From NCBI GenBank assembly GCA_040830565.1, contig JBFOMC010000068.1, positions 610 to 64,609 of the forward strand: DNA of 64,000 bases. The letters run 5' to 3'. Of the stretch, positions 47,361 through 58,100 are shown piece by piece. The number at the start of each line of letters is the position of its first letter. The stretch's first letter is position 1. The notes under the pieces are model-generated. The model had not been told where the DNA came from, ran no database searches, and was given only the letters and a program-made list of their open reading frames with translations. Position numbers and translations under genes: made by a program. The DNA is from Flavobacteriaceae bacterium. Its GTDB lineage: Bacteria > Bacteroidota > Bacteroidia > Flavobacteriales > Flavobacteriaceae.

Positions 47361-47551
47361 CACTTCGTCCCGTGAGATCATGAGAGGAGAACTTCCGCTA
47401 TTTTCAATCGGAAGGCCTAAGGGTTGAAAAATTATGCACCTATGAAGACAAAAGCGACGCATTTTGGAGATCTTGAGGGTAAGGATTTACAACTGCTTGC
47501 GCTGAAATGAATGGAGTTTAAAAGTAAAACTAATTCACTAAAACTGTAATC

Positions 47552-48574
47552 ATGACCGAAGGAGTATTATGGGCAATTTTAGCCGGACTCATGTTGGGCC
47601 TATATGCCTTACCCGAAAAATTCACCAAGGAATTCAGGTATGAGAATACCTGGAGTCTATTTTTCTTATTAACCATGTTTGTCGTGCCAATAATAGCTTC
47701 CCTGACTTTGATTAATGGGTTTCCAACGATTTTTGGAAACATGCCATTAGACATTTGGGTTAAAATGGGCTTGGCGAGCTTTTTATGGGGGATAGGAGTG
47801 ATGCTTTGGAGTAAGGCAATTAATCATATTGGACTTTCGCTTGGGTTTTCCTTATTCATAGGTACCGTAATATTGGTAGGATCACTATTGCCTTTTATAG
47901 TAGACGGACTTCCTCCGAACAATGTACTCGCTTTTGTGCTTCTTGGGATTTTGGTAGTGCTGGTTGGGATTATATTAAATGGCAAGGCCGGACTCTTGCG
48001 CGAGAAAGATGAGATGGGCGAAAAGGATACTACCGGCGAGGAAAACACTAAAGGATCTATGTCTAAGGGCATAGCCATTGCGGTTATAGGCGGGCTGCTT
48101 GCAACTGGTTTCAGTTATGCAAATGCAGTCGGAAGGCCTTATTTACATGAAGCCAGTATAGCCCAAGGCAACGCGGACTGGATTACAGCGGTAGCCGTAA
48201 TGTTTCCAATTTTTATTAGTGGAGGTATTGTTATGACCGCTTATTTTTTATGGCAGTTAAAAGCCAAGAATGCCTGGGGAGATTTCAGGACAGCATCATT
48301 TGGAAAAAATCTTTTTCTAATTCTAATTATGGCAATTTTTCACTACGCGGCTTCTGCCTTGTTTGCTTATGCCGCCTATAAACTAGGTGCTTCAGGTAAC
48401 ACCGTGGGCTATGCTATTTTTAATACAGCTTCCGTGGCAACGGCAATAATAAGTGGAATAGTTACGATGGAATGGGTTAAGGCTTCGTCAAAGGCCCGTA
48501 AAACACTTTATTCGGGACTAACCTTTATGATTGTTGGCATCATCATAATTGCCTTTGGAAATGGATTGTCTTAA
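47552..48574 (+). CDS. RhaT-family (L-rhamnose/H+ symporter-like) sugar transporter
   Basis: 340 aa. About 10 predicted TM helices in two halves, separated by a charged loop (REKDEMGEKDTTGEENTKGS). Size and N-terminal pattern resemble RhaT. Confidence 0.6.
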   Translation: MTEGVLWAILAGLMLGLYALPEKFTKEFRYENTWSLFFLLTMFVVPIIASLTLINGFPTIFGNMPLDIWVKMGLASFLWGIGVMLWSKAINHIGLSLGFSLFIGTVILVGSLLPFIVDGLPPNNVLAFVLLGILVVLVGIILNGKAGLLREKDEMGEKDTTGEENTKGSMSKGIAIAVIGGLLATGFSYANAVGRPYLHEASIAQGNADWITAVAVMFPIFISGGIVMTAYFLWQLKAKNAWGDFRTASFGKNLFLILIMAIFHYAASALFAYAAYKLGASGNTVGYAIFNTASVATAIISGIVTMEWVKASSKARKTLYSGLTFMIVGIIIIAFGNGLS

Positions 48575-48593
48575 GGCGTAATTTGACAACACT

Positions 48594-50389
48594 ATGAGAC
48601 TTTGCCTAACCATTTTTTTTGCTTGTTTCTTATCGGGGCTTGTTTGTTGCGGACCTCAAAAGGAAAAGATAAAACAAACGACTAATCAGCCCAATGTAAT
48701 CCTGGTTATGACAGATGATCAGGGTATAGGAGATTTGGGTTGTCATGGAAATCCCTGGATAAAAACTCCAAATATTGACCAATTCTACAGGGAATCTGTA
48801 AGACTTACAGACTTCCACGTGAGTCCGCTTTGTACCCCAACAAGATCTGCATTAATGACCGGAGTATACCCTATTAAAAATGGAGTGTGGGCAACCTTTA
48901 AAGGGAGAGATATGTTACATGCATCAATGCCTATTATGCCCGAAGTGTTTCAACAAAATGGGTATACTACCGCTATGTTCGGCAAATGGCATTTGGGAAA
49001 TAATTACCCGTCAAGACCGACGGATAAGGGATTCGACTATGCAATTCATCACAGTTCCGGGGGTGTGGGAGAACTTTCAGACCACTGGGGAAACAACTAT
49101 TTTAACGATACCTATCTGGTAAATAACAGCCCTGAACAATTTGAAGGATACTGTACGGATGTCTGGTTTAATGAAGCAATAAAGTTCATTAAGGAAAAAA
49201 AAATACCCCTTTCTTTATATATCTTCCAACCAATGCTCCTCATCATCCACTCTACGTTGAAGACAAATATTCTGATCCTTACAAGAATCTGGTAAATAAG
49301 AAAATACCGAATGCAGAATTCTATGGGATGATCACCAATATTGATGAGAATTTTGGGAGATTAGAAAAGGTGCTTGAAGATTTGGAGCTGGATGAAAATA
49401 CCATTCTGATCTTTTGCTCTGATAACGGGAGCCAGTTTGGTGTGAGTGAAGATTACAGCTTAGGATGGAACAAAGGATTCAGGGGTAGAAAGGCAGACAA
49501 ACTAGAAGCTGGCCATAGAGTCCCTTTCTTTATTAGATGGCCAGGAGGACGACTCGAAGGAGGGAGGGATATTTCAGATCTCACCTCCCATGTAGACCTG
49601 TTACCTACTCTTGCAGGTCTATGTAATTTAACGCTGCCGGCTAATTTTGAAGGAGATGGAATAGATTTTTCCAACAGGCTTTTAGACCAGGGAGAAAAGT
49701 TACAAGACAGAACTGTTTTTATACATCACAGACAAGATTACAGGCATCCTAAACCAGTAGAAGGTTCCTGTATAATGAAAGGGAATTGGCGATTATTGGA
49801 TGGCGAAAGCTTGTATGATATAAATACCGATCCCTTACAAAAGCATAATATTGCCGGGAGCCATCCTGAGGTGGTTCGCCAATTGCTTGAAGAAAATAAG
49901 GAGTTTATTACTGAGACAGTACAAAAAAAACCATATAAGGAATTGGCATATAAGGAAATCGGCAGTGCACATCAACGGAGAACCTTACTCACAATTCAAC
50001 ATGCAATAGGGGAAGATGGTCCTATATGGAAACAAGAAGAAATTGCGGCCGGTCTTAAGAACAAAAACGCATCTCATCCCATTGCCACCCTAAAAAAAGG
50101 AAAGTATAAAATTAGTTGTAGGAGATGGCCCTTGGAATGTCCCGGGACCATTCAGGGTATTCCTGAGCTTAATCCCAAGAACTTATTTGAATATAAGCCA
50201 ATATCTCCTGAAAAAGTTAGCATTTCCTTGTTTGGTAAATCTTTTGAAAAGGACATTTCACCAGACGATAGTGAAATTGTGTTTGAAGTGGAATTAGAAG
50301 AAGGTGAGAGCATTTTGCAGGCAAATTTCATTGAAGGAAATGAAGAATACGGCGTATATTATACCTATATCGAATTAATGAACCAATAA
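48594..50389 (+). pseudogene. S1 family sulfatase interrupted by a -1 frameshift in an A9 homopolymer (49195..49203)
   Basis: The 5' ORF has NVILVMTDDQGIGD and CTPTRSALMTG. After the A9 run, the conserved continuation TPFFIYLPTNAPHHPLYVEDKYSDPYKNLVNKKIPNAEFYGMITNIDENFG reads in the frame of ORF 49328..50389, which also carries CSDNGS and the RGRKADKLEAGHRVPF blocks. Confidence 0.8.
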
Positions 50390-50408
50390 GGCCATGGGAA
50401 TTTAGCGC

Positions 50409-51128
50409 ATGAGGGATGAAAAAAATAGTTATAAGGACGCAGTGCTGGTCACCGGAACCAATCGAGGTCTGGGTTTAGGGTTTGTAGATTACTATTTGAA
50501 AAATGGCAGTAAGGTAGTAGCCGCGGTAAGAAACAAGAACCTGGCTAAAGAGCTACTTGAACTTGAAGAAAAGCACGCTGGCGCACTTTTGGTCTTGGAA
50601 ATGGATGTCTCTAATGAGGATTCCATTGTTAGATTTATAGATCAACTAGGGGCTTACAAAGCAACGTTATCTCTTGCTATAAACAATGCGGCAATAGCTG
50701 AAGAAGAAGAATTTGGCAAATGGAAGAAGGCTACATTTGAGTCACATTTTCTGATAAATACTATCGGTCCGGCTTTGGTTTCCCAGGCTATACTACCCTT
50801 TCTGCAGAAAGGCGCTAGCCTGGTTCAGATAAGCTCAGGGATGGGTTCGGTAGCATGGAATATAAACCCTAAAGATCCCTTAGATGCTTATGCGGCCAGT
50901 AAATCTGCGCTTCATAGCATTACAGCCCGTATGGCCGAAAAGTTGCGCGAACAAAAGATTGTAGTGGTAGCAATTAATCCAGGATGGGTTCGTACACGAA
51001 TGGGCGGTACGGATGCGACAAGCAGTGTGACAGAGGCTATATTGAATTTAACAAGAACAATAGATAGAATAACGCTTAAAGATTCAGGAAGATTTATTTC
51101 TGAAACCGGGGAGTCGATCCCATGGTAG
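50409..51128 (+). CDS. short-chain dehydrogenase/reductase (C-factor/CsgA-like SDR)
   Basis: 239 aa. VLVTGTNRGLGLGF cofactor motif, NNAA, YAASKSAL catalytic YxxxK. Confidence 0.8.
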   Translation: MRDEKNSYKDAVLVTGTNRGLGLGFVDYYLKNGSKVVAAVRNKNLAKELLELEEKHAGALLVLEMDVSNEDSIVRFIDQLGAYKATLSLAINNAAIAEEEEFGKWKKATFESHFLINTIGPALVSQAILPFLQKGASLVQISSGMGSVAWNINPKDPLDAYAASKSALHSITARMAEKLREQKIVVVAINPGWVRTRMGGTDATSSVTEAILNLTRTIDRITLKDSGRFISETGESIPW

Positions 51129-51132
51129 TACT

Positions 51133-52971
51133 ATGGCAAATAAACACTTAACAGCAATGAAAAAAATCAGAATAGTATTCAGCACATTAGCTGCAACATT
51201 TTGCGTGCAATTTAGCTTATGGGCTCAGGAAATCCAGGGAGAGCTTAAGAAGTGGCACAAAATCACTTTGGTTTTTGAAGGTCCTGAAACCTCCGAAGAG
51301 GCTCAAGAGAATCCATTTTTGAATTATGGATTGGATGTGGTATTTACGCATCCCCAAACCGGTGAAAAATTACGGATCCCGGGCTATTATGCAGCAGACG
51401 GTAATGCGGCCAATACCGGGGCCGATTCAGGTAATATTTGGAAGGTGCATTTCGCTCCTGGAGCAACCGGTGCCTGGAATTACGAGGTAGATTTTAAAAA
51501 GGGAAAATGGGCCGCTTTAAGAACTTCTAAGAAATTGAAAAGTGCTGAATTTATGGATGGGGTAAACGGAGTGTTGAATATTACAGAATCTGATAAGGCT
51601 GCACCCGATCTTAGGGCAAGGGGGAGATTGCAGTACGTTGGCAAGCGCTATCTCAAATTTGCTGAAGGAGAATATTTTTTGAAATGTGGCTCTGATGCTC
51701 CTGAGAATATGCTGGCCTACGATCAATTTGATGGTACTTTTCACAACGATGGGCACAAAGACGATTTGGTAAAAAGTTGGACGGCCCATAAAAAGGATTG
51801 GAATGAAGGCGACCCTACATGGCAGGGAGGAAAGGGAAAAGAAATTATTGGGGCTATTAACTACTTAGCCTCTAAGGGAATGAACGCCTTTTCATTTTTA
51901 ACCATGAACATTGGGGGTGATGATCAAAATGTTTTTCCTTATGTTGATTATGATACCCGGGACAGATTTGACACTTCAAAATTAGATCAATGGGAAATCT
52001 TGTTTGAACATGCCGATAAATTGGGGATGTTTCTGCACTTTAAAACCCTGGAATTTGAAAATCAGGGCTTGCTAGATAATGGTGGTACGGGCTTATATAC
52101 CAAATTGTATTATCGCGAATTGATCGCGCGTTTTGGACACCACCTTGCGCTCAATTGGAACCTGGCCGAAGAAACAGGGGATTGGGCAGATAGCGTGCCT
52201 ACTTTTCCGTTGGACGGCCCTGAACGAATTCGACTCGCGGAATATGTGTCCTCAATAGATCCGTATAAACACCACCTGGTCATTCATAATGGGGCATGGT
52301 ATGATCCTATTTATGGGCCTAACACAAAATTTACCGGGGCATCATTGCAGACCAATATGGAAGACTTTAGTAGGGTACATGCCCAAACCTTACGGGTTTT
52401 GAAAGAAGCCGAAGACGCTGGAAAGGTATGGGCCGTTGCTGTGGATGAGCCGGGAGACCATAGGCACTCACTCATCCCTGATGCGGAAGATCCGGATCAT
52501 GACAATGCCCGTAAAAATGGCCTTTGGGGTGCAATGATGGCCGGAGCCTGGGGTACAGAGTGGTATTTTGGATATGAGCATCCCCATTCCGATTTAAGTT
52601 GCCAGGATTATCGTTCTCGAGATCTTTTCTGGGATCAGGGGAAGATCTGTCTCGATTTTTTTAAGAATAACAACATTCCTTTTTGGGAAATGGAAGCTGC
52701 CGATGATCTAATTTCCTCCGAAGGAGATTATGTACTTGCCAATCCCGGTGAAGCTTATGTGGTTTAATTGAAAAATGGAGAAGAATCACAATTGGATTTA
52801 GGAAATTCAACAGATAACTTTAATGGTTACTGGTACAATCCCCGAAAAGGGGGAACAGTAGAAGGGTCCAAGACAACTACTATTAAAGGTCCTGGGAAGG
52901 TGAATTTAGGTTTAGCACCTGTGAAAAAAGAACGTGAAAAAGATTGGGTAGTTTGGATTACCAAAGGCTAG
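51133..52971 (+). pseudogene. DUF5060-type N-terminal domain + (beta/alpha)8 glycosidase-like domain protein, interrupted by an in-frame TAA at 52765..52767
   Basis: ORFs 51133..52767 and 52768..52971 are in the same frame. The junction reads GEAYVV*LKNGEESQLDL...YWYNPRKGG, and my recollection of homologs is that they read through (..Y.VYL.NGG...LDL...W.NPR.GG). Confidence 0.6.
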
Positions 52972-53066
52972 CAAAGTACCGGATCTAGCTGGCCATTCAG
53001 GATTTGGTCCGTTACTCTTAGTTTATAAGAGACATATATACATGCAATTTATTTAAACCCGCCATA

Positions 53067-54323
53067 ATGAAACAGATAAATGAAAACAGTTCGAACTCCA
53101 GAAGGAAGTTTTTTAAGTATGCCTTCGCCTCAGTTGCAGCGAGTACAACAGGAATTTATTCTCTAAAAGCTTCTATTTCAGAAGAGGACAGAATTTCTTT
53201 TGATAATCAGAGAGAAACAATCAGGATCACCAAATTAGAAACCTTTAAAGTAAAACCCAGATTTCTTTTTTTAAAAGTACATACAGATCAGGGTATTATT
53301 GGTTTGGGAGAGCCTATTACAGAGGGTAGACCAGATACCTGTGCAGCAGCTATCAAGGAAATGGAACCCTACCTGATTGGAAAAGATGCCAGAAAGATCA
53401 TACACCATTGGCAGGCTATTTACCGACACTCCTTTTATAGAGGAGGACCAATTTTGACCAGTGCTTTGAGTGGTTTAGAACAGGCCCTTTGGGATATAAA
53501 AGGCAAGGCTCTGGGTGTCCCCATTTATGAGCTGTTAGGCGGCCCCACCCGAGATAGAATTAGGGTTTATGCACATGCCCGAACTCCGGAAGCTATAAAA
53601 AAAGCTAAAGAAGAAGGCTTTACGGCCTTTAAAACGGGGGTTAAAAACGCCACACAATCCGGTCCTGTGGCCTCTCAAAAGTTTATTGAAGAAGCAACAG
53701 CCGCATTTGCAGAATTAAAACAAGCAGCAGGGAAGGATGGCGATGTTGGGATCGACTTTCATGGAGCAATTAGTCCTCAGAACGCAGGATTATTAATTAA
53801 GGCCCTTGAACCGTACCAACCATTCTTTATTGAAGAGCCCGTAAATTGCCAAAATGTGGATATTATGGCAGGGCTTGCCAGAGAGACGCATTTACCTATT
53901 GCTACCGGCGAACGTATTTTTACGAAATGGGGCTTCCGTGAGATCTTAGAAAAGGGAGCGGCTAGTATACTTCAACCAGATCTTTGCCATGCCGGAGGTA
54001 TTTTTGAATCTAGAATTATTGCAGGAATGGCCGAGGCGTATTATGCAGCAATAGCTCCCCATAACCCCTTAGGTCCCATATCATTAGCTTGTGGGCTACA
54101 CTTGGCTGCTAGTATTCCCAATTTTTTGTGCCAGGAACAGGTGACTCTGGGAGAAGGGTATCTGAAAAAGCCATTTGAAGTGAAGAACGGTCATGTAGAT
54201 TTACCTAAAAACCCTGGTCTGGGCATAGCATTAGATGACGATGCAATCGCTGAAAAACTGGGCCACGATTGGAAAAATCCTGAAACATACTTAGATACGG
54301 ATGGTTCAGTGACCGATTGGTAA
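53067..54323 (+). CDS. D-galactonate-dehydratase-like enolase-superfamily enzyme with an N-terminal twin-arginine (Tat) signal
   Basis: 418 aa. The core is collinear with DgoD as I recall it (ITKLETFKVKPRFLFLKVHTDQGIIGLGEP, FYRGGPILTSALSGLEQALWDIKGK, IDFHG, FFIEEP, ATGER). It is preceded by ~44 residues containing SRRKFFK (53097..53117), a hydrophobic stretch and LKAS. Confidence 0.85.
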   Translation: MKQINENSSNSRRKFFKYAFASVAASTTGIYSLKASISEEDRISFDNQRETIRITKLETFKVKPRFLFLKVHTDQGIIGLGEPITEGRPDTCAAAIKEMEPYLIGKDARKIIHHWQAIYRHSFYRGGPILTSALSGLEQALWDIKGKALGVPIYELLGGPTRDRIRVYAHARTPEAIKKAKEEGFTAFKTGVKNATQSGPVASQKFIEEATAAFAELKQAAGKDGDVGIDFHGAISPQNAGLLIKALEPYQPFFIEEPVNCQNVDIMAGLARETHLPIATGERIFTKWGFREILEKGAASILQPDLCHAGGIFESRIIAGMAEAYYAAIAPHNPLGPISLACGLHLAASIPNFLCQEQVTLGEGYLKKPFEVKNGHVDLPKNPGLGIALDDDAIAEKLGHDWKNPETYLDTDGSVTDW

Positions 54324-54330
54324 GGTATTT

Positions 54331-55104
54331 TTAATCTACAAATTCCAGCAACCCAAATCTATTGGCCTGGTGCACATTTTTTGATATGTCGTAAATAGGA
54401 AAAATAGTGGAGGTAGATCTGCGCTTTCCTTCAGCATCATTTCTGTCTTGCCGAATGGCAAGAAATGCCCATTTGTTACCTGGCTTCACTGGTTCAAAAG
54501 TTCCCAAGACGCCAAAATTGGACAAAGGGATGGCCATTTCCATGGTCCACCCCTGATCTACATCCGAATTGTCGTTTATTGTACCCTGAATGCTAACCTC
54601 CACCTCAAATTTGGGATTAAAGTCCCTGTAAACCGCATCTTCTCCTTTGTAAAAATTATTGAAATAAATAAAGTCGTTTGAGGCTTTATTCAAATTAAGT
54701 TCATACCCAAAATGGGTATCCAGGCTGTCCGGAACAGTAATGAGAAAAATCTCAGCACAATCGTCTAGATAGGGTTCTCCATCACGTTTGGTTTCTCTGG
54801 CAGTGATGAACTTATCCTCCATTTCGAAGAAAACATACAGGTTTTGAGCATCCCACAGCATCCTAAAAGTGGTTTTTTGCTGATCATCAGCCTTTTCAAC
54901 CCTGTAAAAATAATCCAAGGTTCTGGCCTCGGTTTTATTCCATACGTTCTCCTTTAATTTACCGTCTATCACTATGGGCTCGGTAGCTCTGCTTACCTTA
55001 AAGATCTTTTGTTCACCTAAGGAAAGCCTTTTACCGTCCTGGGCTACACTATACGTATAGGAGACCATAAAAAGAGCAATCAAGAAGTATTTAATACTAG
55101 ACAT
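54331..55104 (-). CDS. secreted CBM9-like / DOMON-like carbohydrate-binding protein
   Basis: 257 aa. Signal peptide. EPIVIDGKLKENVWNK ... WDAQNLYVFFEMED ... DDCAEIFL pattern typical of family-9-like binding modules. Confidence 0.65.
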   Translation of the reverse strand: MSSIKYFLIALFMVSYTYSVAQDGKRLSLGEQKIFKVSRATEPIVIDGKLKENVWNKTEARTLDYFYRVEKADDQQKTTFRMLWDAQNLYVFFEMEDKFITARETKRDGEPYLDDCAEIFLITVPDSLDTHFGYELNLNKASNDFIYFNNFYKGEDAVYRDFNPKFEVEVSIQGTINDNSDVDQGWTMEMAIPLSNFGVLGTFEPVKPGNKWAFLAIRQDRNDAEGKRRSTSTIFPIYDISKNVHQANRFGLLEFVD

Positions 55105-55116
55105 AGTGCTGCTTAA

Positions 55117-58100
55117 TCAGAGATTCATCATCACTTTTGCCCAGAGATTGTTTGGATACTCTTCAAGGGCTTTTTGAAAAAGATGCTGTGCGTCTTCTTT
55201 ATTTCCTAATCCCAGGTTACCCAAAGCCTCCAGGTAGTACGAATTTGAACTGGCTTTGTTATTGCCAGATGAGGCTTCTTCTACAGCCACCAATCTTATA
55301 CTGGTGCCCCCTTCTCTTTGCGCTCGTGCCTGGGCTATCAGATTTTCAAACATTTCCCTTGACTTGGAAGTATTACCTAATTCTTTGTGAGCTTTTGCCT
55401 GAAAATAAAGCAGGTCGAACATTCCTCTGCCATTCCTGGAAGCCGCACTTTTGGTATAGCTTGACATTGCCTTTTTCTTAGCGCCCATGTTGTCATGGGC
55501 CTGTCCAATGAGGTAGTGGATCATGGCATTTTTTTCATCATGAGTGGGTTTTCCTACTTCCAGATTTTCCGGATAGAGAAACGCACTTTCCAGATGTTCT
55601 ATCGCCTTCGGATACTTTTTGTTTTCCATCAATTGAAGTGCCTTTAAGACATGCGCATCAACATAGTGCCAATAGGTCTCTCTGCCTCCTTCCCAGGTTC
55701 TGAAATGATGGGTGCCTAAAAAATCAATAGCTTCATCGTATTCTGAATTCAAATTCAGTAATTCCACGAACTTCTTTGGAGCAGAAACGTCTTCTTTTAC
55801 AAATTCGATATTGTTTCTCAGGATTTTAAGGTTTTCCCGGAAATCGGACTCCGAAGCATCATAGTATTTAGAGAGTTCAGAATACCATAGGGGCACCGAA
55901 TTTTCCAACTCAATGGCCTTGGTCATATAGTCAATTGCCGCGGCTGGCTCTTTAGCATGATAAAATGCTGCAAAGGCCAGGTTTCTCCAGACCATAGGAA
56001 TACTATTGTCAATTTCCGAGGCACTTTTCCATGAGGCCATGGCATCAACTGGCCTATTGTCATAAAGTAAATTACCCATCAAATAGTAAGCGGTGACATC
56101 CTTTGGGTTTCTTGAGATAGCATGCTTTAAAACCATCTCAGTTTCCTCCCTATAAGGGAAGGAATATTCTAAAGAAGCGTTTTGAGCCTTGTTTAGAGCT
56201 TCGTTCATTTCAGCCTCCTTTCCCAGATCTGCGTAAAACTTTGACAGGTAGTAATACACCAAAGGATTCTTAGAGGATTTTGGACCGGATAATAAGCTAA
56301 TACCTTCATCTGCCATGCCCGCATTTAAGTACTGCACCGCTATTTCGAGGTAGTTATTGTCCGGATCCTGCATATTCTTTTGCCAGTTGTCCAGGGAACT
56401 TTTACCATCTAATAACGCCTTCTCGTAAAGGGCAGAGAAATTCAGAGGATCATAGGCTAATTGTTCATCCAGAAGTTTATGTGCCTGGTCCTTTTGTCCT
56501 AATTTACGAAGTAAGGCGCTGTAAAGCGTTACAATGCGGCCGTCACGCGTATTCGTAGAATATGCTTCTGTAATATACTCCAGGGCCTTTGGAAAATTCC
56601 CTTTTTCACTTTCTAGCTGGGCCAATTGGAAATTGGCGGCTGAGAACCACTGGTAATACCAGGTGGCTCTGGCAAGATTGGCATAAGCTTCCTCATCTAG
56701 ACCGAGTGCCCTTTGCGCCAGGCCCGTATAATAATAGAGTTCACCTTCCTTAGGTTGGAAATATTTTACCTTTAACTTGTCTGCGGCGGTTTTCAAATAT
56801 TTGAGAGCCTCCTCGTATTTAGTTTGATTAAGCCGACGAATACCAAGAGCGATGTTGGTACGGTAGTCGTTTGGAGATTTTTTAAGAGCTGCCAAATAGT
56901 AGTCATCCGGATTTATGCCCGGCCGGTTAAACTGTTCTACAAACCTCCCCGTGAGGTATAGGTCTTCTACGGTCTCAATATCCCTCGCCTTTTTAACACG
57001 TTCCTGAGGCTCAGGAAGCTCAGGATACTTTGGTTTATAGGGTGTATACCCAACTAGTTCCCTGCCATCACTATCTGTTAGCTGTATGGATAATTGATAC
57101 TCATCTAAAGCTTTTCTGGATTTATGAGTTGCCGTAAAAGGTTTTGCAGGATCAATGTCTATGATTTGTTCAACTAGGATATCCTCCCCGGACTTCAAAA
57201 CAAATTTTGCCCCTTTGAAGACTCGGGTGGTATTAAAACCATAGAAAACGGTCTTTGCATTCCTCATTTGAAGTGTCACAGAGGCATCAATGGTACTATT
57301 CTTTGCAATTTCAATATCCCGCAAGGGGTACCAGTAGTTCTTGGCATCTTTTACGGAGTGAGGAAGTATCCAGCTATAATCTGGCTGATTATTAGAAAAA
57401 GTGCCGGTCATCAACTCTACATAAGCCTTGCCATCATCAGTTAACTTTCGCCTGGCATTTTGACCCTGAAGTCCCGGTCCGAACTGCCATAACTTTGAAG
57501 CATTGTTTTCATGAGGGTCACCTACATGAACGGTTCCTGCTTTTTGCCCATAGTCATAGCCACCGATAAATCCTTCTTTGATGTCCCACATAAAAAAAGA
57601 CACAGGATTAGGGTGGTTTTTCCACCAGGTGAGGTCTACTCCTTCCGGATAACTTGTTCTGCCATAATCGTCAGTCTTATTAGAAATTGGCCAGCGAATA
57701 AAGCTGTTATTATTGTGAAAAACACCTATTTCCTGACTTGGAGGCCAAAATGTGCGAAAGTCTTCATTTGAAGTTATAGCAACGTTTGCCCAGAACAAAA
57801 AGGTCTTTGTAAGGGTGCTGGTATTGTTAATCCTGTAATCTACCTCAATATAGGACCTTCCGGGGTGAAGTGTCATCCCGATTACTCCTCTGGCCCTTAT
57901 GGTCTTTTCGGTCTCACCTATCCAGATTGTGGCACTGCCATCGTTGTTTTCAACAGTTCTGTAGTCGCTAGGCATCAAAGTACTCGTCCGGTGGTGATGT
58001 GGAAAACACCACTCTATACCTCCGGAGATCCAGGCACCTAAGGTGCCAATAAGGTCTGGTTTGATAACACTATTGGTATGAAATAGTTCATGGCCATTGG

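Noticed and set aside
47391-47413. Possible hairpin CTTCCG-N11-CGGAAG after the cycloisomerase gene, considered as a terminator.
   Set aside because: It has only a 6-bp stem with an 11-nt loop and no T-tract, which is too weak to call.
52768-52971. 67-aa ORF as an independent small gene.
   Set aside because: It is in the same frame as the upstream gene, directly follows its TAA and lacks its own ATG (the track starts it at TTG). It matches the expected C-terminal domain of the upstream protein, so I treated it as part of an interrupted gene.
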